A DNA stretch of 64,000 nt, taken from NCBI GenBank assembly GCA_951406725.2, contig OX597831.1:65596001-65660000 (forward strand), written 5' to 3'. Within the stretch, counting starts at the first letter, position 1, and every line of letters begins with the position of its first letter. Below are positions 52,685-64,000 of the stretch, one piece after another. This DNA is from Octopus vulgaris. Lineage: Eukaryota. The notes beneath the pieces were generated by a model, which searched no databases, was not told the DNA's origin, and saw nothing but the letters and a program-made list of their open reading frames with translations. Made by a program: the position numbers and the translations under genes.

Positions 52685-52722
52685 CTGTTACTCGGAGTTT
52701 CACGTTCCCGTTCGTCAGACAG
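52685..52722 (-). ncRNA. Canonical type I hammerhead ribozyme in a fold-back element (52652-52826)
   Basis: CUGU-CUGACGA-ACG(GGAA)CGU-GAAA-CUCCGAG-UA-ACAG; stem I extended by a ~37-bp inverted repeat. Confidence 0.85.
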
Positions 52723-52832
52723 TTTTGTTAAAATTTCTGCTGCTTTTAAATAAAGCATATTACTCTACCTCTGGTATTTGAGTACTCTTGTTTCCACCTT
52801 GTTTCACATTTATGTGTTTACTCCGATATATG

Positions 52833-52904
<72 letters not shown>

Positions 52905-52911
52905 TATATAT

Positions 52912-54001
52912 TAGGGCTGGTAACATTTAGTTTAATTTTAATAACTAACTTTTGAGAAATTAACGATTAATTAATAGTTAATTTTTAATTAAAACATAAA
53001 AATGTCTACAGTTGCATTTATCGACAAGTTTACGATATTTCAATTAAAATTCGGTTAAAAACAAGAAACAACACAAGCGTTGTCTCACTCAAATTTCGCG
53101 CATTGTCCGTTACTAGAACCTGAATCTTCTTTGCTATGTCCCAATCTTCTACAAATTGTTTATATAACTCAGCAACTTTGTTAGCATAGAGACGTTCAGC
53201 AAAATGCACACATCCAAGAATAACACTTATTAAATTCCATTCACCAGCAATCCAATGGTCGGTGATTTCGCAATAACTTTCATTACCTAGGAATATCCAA
53301 AAATCAGATATTAGCGCAAGTGCCTTTGAATTTTTCTTACTGCTTCTTTAACACATTCTCTTTTGCTCTTATAAATATCAACCAACATTTTATCAATAGT
53401 GCGCCAACAAGGTAGTTTATATTCGGTATTTTGAAGCGCTGTGCGCAATACTTACTGAATCCCATCATCTTCTACTATCCATATTGGTCAACCACTATCA
53501 GCTATGCAGTCTGCAATTGATATTTTAATGTCAGGTTGTACGGTAGCACTCATCGGATGATCAGAACGACGATAAAACTGACTCAAAATAGTCTGCTTGA
53601 AGGAAGATGATACCGCCGCTGTAGACTAACTAAATGAAGCTGACTTTGCGAGTTGAGGTTTCAAATACTGTAGCGAGTGTTTGTTTTGAAGGTGGTAAGT
53701 AAGCGATGTGTTAGATCCGTGGTATGCGAATGATCTGTCGCAATGGATGCAATAAACGTTATCAGCAGTTTTTATATTACCGTCAGCCAACAATTTAAAT
53801 CCAAAATGTTCATGTAATCGACCTGACATAGGTTTATATTACATAACTCGATTCTTCTCCGCCGCCATTTTACTGTTGTTACTGTTGCTTCCTGACTTCC
53901 GGCATATTTATTAATGATGTGTAGAAAATTACATCTGAAACCAATTAATAAAAATTTAATCGTTAAAATAAATTAACGATCAATCTTTAAATTCCGCAGC
54001 C

Positions 54002-54004
<3 letters not shown>
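52912..54004 (-). mobile_element. hAT (ZBED1/Tramp-like) DNA transposon, internally deleted
   Basis: TIR TAGGGCTG/CAGCCCTA; BED finger VYCIHCDRSFAYHGSNTSLTYHLQNKH; ALISDFW and VTDNARN motifs; stops. Confidence 0.92.
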
Positions 54005-54070
<66 letters not shown>

Positions 54071-55679
54071 CTTAATTTATATTGTTCTATCAAGTGTTAC
54101 ATGGATGATTTGAAATGTAAGGTACTCTTTTTTCTTTTTATTAAACATACACTTTTAGTATGTAGCAGGTCTCTGCATAGATTCGAAACAGAATCTCTAG
54201 TTCCAGTCATAAAATTTCTGATGGACAATCGGACTCATCAAACAGACAGATGACATCAGCAATAAGTTGGCCACCCCGAGTGTTGCTCAACTAATAGACT
54301 AGTGACGTTTGCGATAAACTGACCAACGAAGGTTGCTGAATATGAATCATTTCTTCTTAATAAAAGCACCTTTATTAAACAGTTCGGTAAAGAAACAGGC
54401 GCAGTTATGGTTCACCGGTGGCTATACAACATTTAGCCGATGTTCGCCAGCTGATTCCGTCAACAGACTTCTTCAATTTGAATCTTCGCTAAACTCTTAT
54501 CCTAAAACTGAACTATGTCAGTTCACACTTACATTCACATTCATTCTCATCTTCTCTCAGGCTCTCATTCTCACAATTTGATTGTTTGGTTCGATAAAAT
54601 TATTTACAACGTTTTATTAAGCGTAACTGCAGAACCAGTAGCCAGCAACATAATTTAAAGTATGCTCTACAAACATGTATGAATAATTAAATCATATACA
54701 AGTATTTATCATTCGAGGATTCTAACATTTCTTTCTTTCTATCATTGCAGACTGTCAACTCAGATCTCTTATGATCTGACAGCACTTTTAATGTAATTAA
54801 ACGGTTTTCGTTAATGGATATAATTCTTGTCTTAATTCTTATTGCATCATCAAAGTCTTTCCGTAAGAACACCCCTCATTTAACGTAGCATAACAAACGC
54901 TAAAAGCCTCTCTGTGAAACGTAAAGTGGTTACAACTCACGTTTTTATCTCTTCATCGGTAGAAAAAGTGGATGATATGACTAGCTTTTAAGCTTGTCAG
55001 ATGAATGTCTGAGAAGATTTTTGATTACTTGATTCTCTAATGAAGGAATAACAAGATTGGAACCTCTTTAGATTGATCCCATTGTTTCTGCTCTCGGTAA
55101 TGTCGAAGAGATTAAAGCAGATATCAGGAATGGAAGATGTGAACAAGAGAGAGGAGTGAAAGAAATTGACGAAGAAGATAAAACAGTTAAACTTCTCACT
55201 GATGTAAAGCTTCTATAAGTCAAGGGTGGGACGAATGAACTGGAAAAAAGTTTGGACTCGACATCGACAATAAGATGACATAGTTGGGTATGTGGGTGTA
55301 CGAATGTGTGTGTGGTGTGGTGGTGGTGGTGGTGGTGTGTGTGTGTAGTGTGTGTATGTCTTCGTGTGGGGCCGTGTGTGTAGTAAAAATTATCTCCCAG
55401 TCAGTATGACAAGCATGTTTTTGTACCAAGTGGTTATCAAGGACACTTGAAACCAAATCAAACCATGCACACGTACACATGTGCATCTATCTATATATAT
55501 ATATATGCATGCACCCATATATGCGTATATATGTAGTGCTTTGGTCCTGAATCTAGTCGGTTTGGCTGCCAGCATCAATTCTGTTCGAATTGATTTCATA
55601 TTCAATGAATGACGTGAAAATAATTTTTGCTATGAATCAATAAATAAAGAGTTATTAACAATTAAAGTTTGAAAATTTT

Positions 55680-56875
55680 GGTAATTTTAGCCAATCGTAA
55701 GCCACGGACACATTCACGTCTGTTTCTATAGTAACAAGCAGAGTATGAGAGCTCTTTGTCTGCGAGAAAGCACTTGTTGACAAATACATTGAAACAACTT
55801 ATTTTACCCATCCGACGACAATTGAGAATGTGAATTTATGCAGCGCAGCAGATATGAAAATTGTGATTTATTCGAGAAATCGATTGAAAGCATTTTTAAC
55901 TTTCGTTTTCAATGAACTGGTCAACAAAATGTTTGTTTTTGAAAAACTATTAATTTATAATGTAACTATTTTGTTTTTAAATAAATCTTTTAAGTTGGTG
56001 CTATCGCATTAAATGCATATTGACTGCCTAAAACTACAAAAGACGTGTTGTTTACTCTTTCTTTCTTTTGTTAACCTGAATGATGGTACCTACACTCAAC
56101 AAGTGGAGAGTACGTGGGCCTCTGTGAAGTGAGGTAATAAACGTCGCTGTGGAACTCACCATTCTATGATAGATTCATATCTCTGCGAATTTATGAGGCG
56201 CAGGAGATATGAAAAGTGTGATTTGTTTGAGAAATTGATAGAATGTATTTCTAATTTTCGTTTTTAATTTTCAAAATATTTTGTAATGTGTTGCTTATTG
56301 CGTGCTTAAATTGTTTTTTAGGCTTACTTTGTTCACTCTTTCATTTTCATATATGACGTATAGAACATTGTCATTTTATAAGATTTTGCTGGCAAATTTT
56401 TAAATTAACATAAACATTTATGAAATGTTTTGAATTAAGACAAGCAAAATTTTTAAATTAATATAAACATTTATGAAAGAAAATTACCGGAGACTTTCAT
56501 CTAATTCTTCTAAATCTTTCTGTTAAAACTGTATTCAAACCATTTGTGGGTAAAAAAGTGTAATGTGTTGTTCATCGCATTTGCATTAAATGCATATTGA
56601 ATGCTTAAAACTACTTGTTTTCTCGTTTCTTTTTGTCATTGAGGTGATTGTGAGTTGTGTTAAAATAACAGCTAAATAACGCTTTTTGGGGATAAATCTT
56701 TTAAGTTCGTGTTATCGCATTGAATGCATATTGAATGCTTCAAACTAAAAAAAAACACGAGTTGTTTACAAATGCTGACAACACGTGCTATTTTCAGGAT
56801 GTTGACGACAAAATGTGCAGTCACGCACAAAATTACTGCTTCCAAATCCTGTTTCTTGACTGAATGAAAATTACC
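55680..56875 (+). mobile_element. Merlin (IS1016/IS1595-like) element remnant; transposase C-terminus at 56067-56267
   Basis: FVNLNDGTYTQQVESTWASVK*GNKRRCGTHHSMIDSYLCEFMRRRRY..DLFEKLIECI; putative GGTAATTTT/AAAATTACC termini. Confidence 0.75.
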
Positions 56876-56910
56876 AAACTTTAAACCGCCATAACTTTTT
56901 CAAAACATAT

Positions 56911-57139
56911 TACTCTTTACTCTTTACTCTTTTACTTGTTTCAGTCATTTGACTGCGGCCTTGCTGGAGCACCGCCTTTAATCGAGCAACTCTACCCCGG
57001 GACTTATTCTTTTGTAAGCCCAGTACTTATTCTATCGGTCTCTTTTGCCGAACCGCTAAGTTACGGAGACGTAAACACACCAGCATCGGTTGTCAAGCAA
57101 TGTTGGGGGGAAGGGGCAAACACAAACACACAAACATAT

Positions 57140-57206
<67 letters not shown>

Positions 57207-57370
57207 CGACGGGCTTCTTTCAGTTTTCGTCTACCGAATCCACTCACAAGGTTTTGGTCGGCCCGAGGCTATAGTAGAAGACACTTGCCCAAGGTGCCAC
57301 GCAGTGGGACTGAACCCAGAACCATGTGGTTGGTAAGCAAGCTACTTACCACACAGCCACTCCTGCGCCT
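56911..57370 (-). mobile_element. CORE-type SINE, full length
   Basis: Matches 41246-41677. Confidence 0.93.
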
Positions 57371-57711
57371 ATATATTTCTACAAAAAGTGAAATAATTCC
57401 AGTAATTCAGTTTGGAAAAGTATATTATTGTGCCACATTTTAAAATTTTAGATAAACTTTAATTTTTGATATGCTGGCTGCCAAACCAACCCAACTAGAT
57501 CTGTAGTGGCGCAAACCATATGCTTATCAAAGCTAAATAATTTGCGAGGGGCTTAGAACTATGATCAGGAATTCAGCTTCTTACTGATTTAATTTTTTCC
57601 TTTGATATCTCATTGGTGGTTGTTGATCTAAAATATTCGGATATGTGCGTGTGCATACCCAGGTATATGGAGACAAACGTGGGGTGTTAGAGGGGATACA
57701 TAAGTTTAGAA

Positions 57712-57909
57712 CAGTGGTTCCCAAACTTTTTAGAGTCGCGACCCACTATTTATCACACCAGTTTATGACGACCCACTAATAAGTCTTGAACTATCTCGAT
57801 AGACAGCAGTTAATCAAAGCTAATGCGTAATTTTATAACTTTTCGCGACCCACTAAGATTCCGTTCGCGACCCATCTGTGGGTCGCGACTCATAGTTTGG
57901 GAACCACTG
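57712..57909. mobile_element. hAT/Charlie-type MITE
   Basis: TIR CAGTGGTTCCCAAACT; 8-bp TSD GTTTAGAA; repeated CGCGACCCA subterminal motifs. Confidence 0.95.
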
Positions 57910-58036
57910 GTTTAGAAGGTCAGCGTAGGAATCGGTAGTTTGGAAGTTAAGGTTATATGTATATGTGTAATGGTTATACATATATGTATAAATGTTATAC
58001 ATATAGCCTTAATTCTTGTCCCATTCTTAATCACAA

Positions 58037-58181
58037 GTGCCCGACGAACGGGAACGTAAAACTCTGAGTAAAAGTCTTTTGTGATATTTTTGTGATGTTT
58101 CTGCAGATTTAATGATAAAGCATATTACTCTACCTCCAGTATTCGAGTACTATTTTCCCCACCCTTTTTCACATTTATGTG
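58037..58181 (+). mobile_element. Diverged copy of the 52.7-kb HHR element
   Basis: CCGACGA-ACGGGAACGU-AAAA-CUCUGAG-UA followed by TAAAGCATATTACTCTACCTC. Confidence 0.75.
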
Positions 58182-59074
58182 CATTAAGTGGTAATACTTT
58201 ATATTTTGTATTATCTTTTAAACAGTTATTTATTAGTTTTCATCGTAACAAGGTTTTTATAATAATTGTTAATTATTATCTATTAAATTACTGGTATAAG
58301 TTTAACATTAAAGCATATGAGGATAACGAATAATTAATACGTATGTAGTGTTTTAATTATTAACTTTTGGGTTATGAAATAGTATAATTCACTCAGAATT
58401 AGTTAATATCTATCGAGTTTGTTTTTGTTTTGGAAAGAATAGAATATGAAAGCTTTCACTTTTAGATTAATAACTATGGAAGACTGGTGAGAATATTATC
58501 TGCATGGACTTCAAGGGCTTGGTTGTTATTTAGTTAGATAATTTCAGAGTTAATTATAGGTTTACTGACTGAATTTGTTTACCGATACTGCTTTTGTACA
58601 TAGGGTAAATGTGTTTCTTTGTTGTAATTTAATTGATAATGTTAATAATGTTTAATCGTTGCTAGAATTAAGATTGAATGAATGTGGTGATATATATGGT
58701 TCGTTTGTTTCCAAGCAACACTTTAGTGCTGTTGAAACCGCCGGATTGAATGGTACTGTCCAGGTGTCGAAACCATAGTGATATCCGTGGAGCAGCTGAT
58801 GATGAAGGTACGTTGGATTGTTGGTATGACAGTTATTGTATATGCGGAATAGTTTAATAAGACATCTATTTGATATATATATACGTTTATCAATTTGTGT
58901 TGCAAGATTCTTAATGTGAACTGGTGTGTTGAGACATATATTGTTGTATTTCGGGACGGTCATTTTTTCCTTTTTGCCAAATAAACACACGCACTATATA
59001 TTTGTTCTTCACCCGTTTATTAACGTTCTTTGTTTAACTCATGTCCATCGTCTGGAAGTCTTTCGTCACACAGC

Positions 59075-59105
<31 letters not shown>

Positions 59106-59435
59106 AGGCGAAGGAGTGTATGCTTACCAAACACATGGTTCCAGGTTCAGTCTTCTACTATAGCCTCGGACCGACCAAAACCTTGTGAGTGAATTTGGTT
59201 GACGGAAACTGAAAGAAGCCCGTCGTATATATGTATATGTATGTATATATGTGTGTGCGTGTGTGTTTATGTGTCTGTGTTTGTCCCTCCAACATCGCTT
59301 GACAACCGATGCTGGTGTGTTTACGTCCCCGTAACTTAGCGGTTCGGCAAAAGACCGATATAATAAGTACTAAGCTTACAAAGAATAAGTCCTAGGAGTC
59401 GATTTGCTCGACTAAAGGCGGTGCTCCAGCATGGC

Positions 59436-59437
<2 letters not shown>
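59106..59437 (+). mobile_element. CORE-type SINE, internally deleted
   Basis: Head and tail match family 2. Confidence 0.88.
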
Positions 59438-59478
<41 letters not shown>

Positions 59479-59774
59479 GTATATATATATCTATATATAT
59501 ATATATATATATATACACATGTATATATATATAGATAGATAGATATACATATACATAAATATACATATACACATATATATGTATATATATGCATGTATAT
59601 GTATGTATATATACAAACACATATATATGCATGTGCATGTATATATACATACATATAGATGCATACTCAATCGTATATATACATGTGTGTATGTATATGT
59701 GTATGTATATACATACATACATGTATATATACGTACATATATACATACATGTATATATAAGTATACACACACCG

Positions 59775-59833
<59 letters not shown>

Positions 59834-60229
59834 CATTGCGCACGCTTCTGTAAATTAGATGCTTATATTTATAATGGTTATTTGTTGCCTTTGTCAAGTA
59901 ATGCGAACTAAATTGTGTGTTCAAATAAGGCAACTGAAATATCCAGAACAAAACACACACACGTGCAATTTTCTATGCAATAAATTTTGCGAGAGTTGTC
60001 CTAGTGCCAAAGTCAAAATTAGCTTGAAGATATATATTGTTATAGTAATTGTATGTATGAATATTTCGAGTTCTTTAGAAAAACTTCCTTTACGCAAAGC
60101 AATTAGAAAGAGGACTATTGAAGACTGAAAAAATGCAGATTTAAAACAATAATATGCACTATTGTAAATAAGTCAAGTTAATTCGAGCAGATACTTGGAA
60201 ATGAAATGAAACACCACGCACAAACACGG

Positions 60230-60273
<44 letters not shown>

Positions 60274-60295
60274 ACACGCGCACATACATATGAGC

Positions 60296-60344
<49 letters not shown>

Positions 60345-60391
60345 GGTGCATCGGCATGGCCGCAGCTCTGAGCTGAAACTAGAGAGAAAAA

Positions 60392-60435
<44 letters not shown>

Positions 60436-60799
60436 TAGGCCTAAAAAAGCCCTTATTGTTGGTTCCCTGTCCTGTTATTCCTTATTTGTACTGTTTTTTT
60501 CTACTGTTTTTTTCTTCATTTGTATTGCTTTTACGTCCTATTCTTGTCACTTGTTTTACCCCTCTGCAAAATAATTTTATTTAATTCCTTTTGCAGGAAG
60601 GATTGTTTTGACTGGCCGTGTTCTGCCCTTACCTTCGAAACACGCATTGAGTCGAACCAGGGGTAGCTAATGAAGGGAAATTTTCCTTGTATTGTTTGTC
60701 CTGTACTCTGTTTTTTCGTTGTTAAAAAAGTCCGTTTCCTTGTTTGATTTTATGTTTTCGTTTCTCGTTGTGTTCTACGTTTATTTGTGGTGTCCTGTA

Positions 60800-60840
<41 letters not shown>

Positions 60841-60999
60841 TTGTATATATACATATAGATGTAAGTATGTACATATATGTATGTATACATGCATATATTT
60901 TATTTATTTATTATATTGTTATTATATTATATATATATATATACACACACACACGCACATACATACGTGTGAGTGCATGCGCGCGTGTGTAATTAACCC

Positions 61000-61203
61000 C
61001 CCCCCAAAAAAAAACGGAGAAAAACACAAGAAAAAAAACAACAACGCGAGGGCGTGGTACATGCAAAGTATTAAAGGACGCCCAGGGAAGGAAAGAAAGG
61101 TGTTTTACGTTTCGAGCAAAGCTCTTCTTCTGAAACAGGAGACAGAGGAAAGTCTAAGAAAAAAGAAAGACAGAAGGAAAAAAATTACCAACGATCCACA
61201 TGT
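61000..61203 (-). mobile_element. Penelope-like short element with HHR variant at 61101-61137
   Basis: UGUUU-CAGAAGA-A-GAGC/GCUC-GAAA-CG-UA-AAACA; homologous to 9826-10031. Confidence 0.7.
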
Positions 61204-61204
61204 A

Positions 61205-61268
<64 letters not shown>

Positions 61269-61269
61269 G

Positions 61270-61300
<31 letters not shown>

Positions 61301-62009
61301 GTGTGTTTTGTATATGGCTATTACGAGTCGTTATTTCTCTTGTGAGGTCACTTACATGATGTGAAAAGGATGCCTTCTTAAATCATGCGACCCTCAAGCT
61401 TTCTCGTCTTCCAGAGTCCAACAGATGTTCTTGGTTCCTAGTCAAACGAATCTTCTTTTCCTCAGTTTCTAAACAATAGTGGCTTTGTAAACAATACCGC
61501 AGTAGAGGAAGCTTCAACATTCACCAACCGTTTTGAAATTACACCCTTTAAAGTGATACCACGTTTTGTTTCTTTCTAATATACACACACACGAACACAC
61601 AGTCATCCCTGCGGTGCGGTCACCTAACGTTATGGGGTTTTTCACGCTTGTAGTAATTCTAAAGTACGACCCCTAATTTCGGTCACAGTCTGTGAATTTT
61701 CTTATAGGAATTTAAAATCTACATTTCCCTTGAGTTAAGAGATTGCTTCTCAACGTTTTTGGTTAATCAAAGTAGTTAACACTATGAAAACCTATACTCA
61801 CGAAACCTAGGTACCTACCTACCTACCTACCTACCAACCTACCTACCTAACTACCTACCTACCTACCTACCTACCTACCTACCTAACTACCTACCTACCT
61901 ACCTACCTACCTACAAACCTACCTACCTACCTAACTACCTACATACCTACCTACCTACCTACCAACATACATACGTACGTACATGCATACATCATACATA
62001 TATATTCGT

Positions 62010-62192
62010 TTATTCTTTTATTTGTTTCAGTTATTTGACTGCGGCCTTGCCTAAAGAGCTCTTCAGTCGAAGAAATCGACCCCATGACTTATTCTTTGTA
62101 AGCCTAGTGCTTTTGTCGAACCGCTAAGTTACGGGGATGTAGACACACCATCATCGGTTCTCAAGCGATAGTGGGAGGGGTACAAAGACACA
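62010..62192 (-). mobile_element. CORE-type SINE 3' half
   Basis: TTTGACTGCGGCC...GAACCGCTAAGTTACGGGG. Confidence 0.8.
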
Positions 62193-62260
<68 letters not shown>

Positions 62261-62371
62261 TTTCTTTCTATAAATCAACCTTTACCACGACCGCTGTCAT
62301 CTACTCCAACAACCACCGCTATTACCAACGTGCCAATTCCTTAATGACTAATAAAAACAGCAGCATTTAGA

Positions 62372-62526
62372 GCGGCGAGCTGGTAGAATCGCTAGCACGC
62401 CGGGCGAAATGCTTAGCGGTATTTCGTCTTCTGTTACGTTCCGAGTTCAAATTCCGCCGAGGTCGACTTTGCCTTTCATCCTTTCGGGTCGATTAAATAA
62501 ATACCAGTTACGCACTGGGGTCGATG
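62372..62526 (+). mobile_element. SINE family 1, 3'-truncated
   Basis: Head and box B intact. Confidence 0.88.
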
Positions 62527-62721
62527 CATGTATGTGTGTATGTATGTATGTATACACACACACATACACACACATATATTTCAAAGATTTAACAAAAACA
62601 CAACAAAAGGAAAATTTAACAAAAGCACAATTAACGGAAAGTTCGTAGCTAATTCCTCATCAGTCAACGTCTAGAACGCGTACATATAAATACACCTGTA
62701 CTCCTATACGTGTGTACTCAC

Positions 62722-62837
62722 CTTTAAGCAAGAAGACATATATATAGTATCATTTTGAGAAAGGCAAAAGTCGTAAAAAGTTGCTGAATAAATATAACAT
62801 CTGACCGTCCACATTGTACGACACCAGGGGAGCAAAG
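62722..62837 (-). other. Candidate 116-nt exon
   Basis: TTTAATTTTGCAG acceptor and AAG|GTGAGT donor; one open frame; no recognisable protein. Confidence 0.3.
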
Positions 62838-63423
62838 CTGCAAAATTAAAGGAATTTTTCCTCGTGTCAGACACAAGTTCAAAGACAATCGAAGGACGAC
62901 GTCACACATCGCATCAAATACAAAGGGAAGACCTCGACATTGTGTTGCATGAATAGCTTTCAATAAAAGCTCGGAATTAGTATATATTTCGGGCCCAGGA
63001 TTATTGAGAAACTAAAGATTTTCAGAAAATGAATATTCGTCCGTAAGCTCTACGTTTCAGTAGAACAAAACTCTGTTATTTAGCCATATATATTTTTTAT
63101 TGGAAAGTAAAGGTGTTGTTAATTGGAAGTAAAGAGAATTTCTGCTAATATTTGTTAATTAATTGCTATAAAAAGCAAGTTTATACTACATCTGTAATGG
63201 ATTGCTGCTTTCCAAAGTACATTTCTTTAGGTCTGTATTTCTTCATTTTTCTCTCATTTCCGTTATATTCAGAATATTAAAGGATAATGAATTTTGTAAG
63301 GTGCAATGGTAATTCAGAGAGCGATAATCTTGATATTCGGAAAATTCAATTATCCAGCAATCCTCCGATCCCAGTGGACCGGATAGAAGGAGGGGTTTAT
63401 GTACATAGATTCATAGTAGATAA

Positions 63424-63875
63424 TACATACATGCATACATACATGTATGTATGTACGTATGTATGTATGTATGTATGTATGTATGTATGTATGTATGTAT
63501 GTATGTATGTATGCATGTATGTATGTATGTATGCATGTATGTATGCATGTATATATGTATGTATGTATTTATGTATGAATGTATACATGCATGTAAGTAT
63601 GTGTATACATGTATGTATGAATGTGTGTATGTATGTATTTATGTATGTATACATGCATGTAAGTATCTGTATACAAGTATGTATGTATGAATATGTGTAT
63701 GTATGTATGTATGTATGTATGTATGTATGTATGTATGTATGTATGTATGTATGTATGTATGTATGTATGTGTACGTTTGTATGTATGTATTCTGCATATT
63801 CATATGTTTGTATGTTTGTGTGCTTTGATGTGTGTGCATGTCAGAGTGTGTCTATGTGTGTGTGTGTGTGTATGG
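63424..63875. repeat. (TATG)n compound microsatellite
   Basis: Directly visible. Confidence 0.95.
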
Positions 63876-64000
63876 ATTTTGTGACTATGTACTGCGTCTG
63901 TATGTATGGATGTGCATCTCCATATGTGTCCCTGAGTGAAGTAAAGTGTGTGAGTGTATATGGTCATGTGTTTCAGTCTCCATTTGTGCATGTGTGCTTG

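Noticed and set aside
62625-62668. Minus-strand CUGAUGA...GAAC motif
   Set aside because: Stems II and III do not pair and there is no UH site

Overview
AT-rich eukaryotic intronic or intergenic DNA. The SINE repertoire and extreme microsatellite load point to an octopus/cephalopod genome (inference). No confident host protein-coding gene is visible, and almost all long ORFs in the track are translated microsatellites. The window is a mosaic of three tRNA-headed SINE families, non-autonomous Helitrons, MITEs, and decayed Tc1/mariner, hAT, Merlin, Penelope, RTE, CR1 and R4/Dong-like elements. The main signal not captured by the ORF track is a dense set of about 12 hammerhead-ribozyme (HHR) motifs of the Penelope-like type in short non-coding elements, mostly embedded in microsatellites. 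These include canonical-core HHRs with unusually long (56-59 nt) stem II, a tRNA-promoter-headed HHR element, and a fold-back inversion whose breakpoint coincides with the predicted cleavage site. A 2-kb ORF1-only (CCHC) retroelement sits inside a SINE tRNA head with a 15-bp TSD. All calls are by eye, without database searches or folding software.
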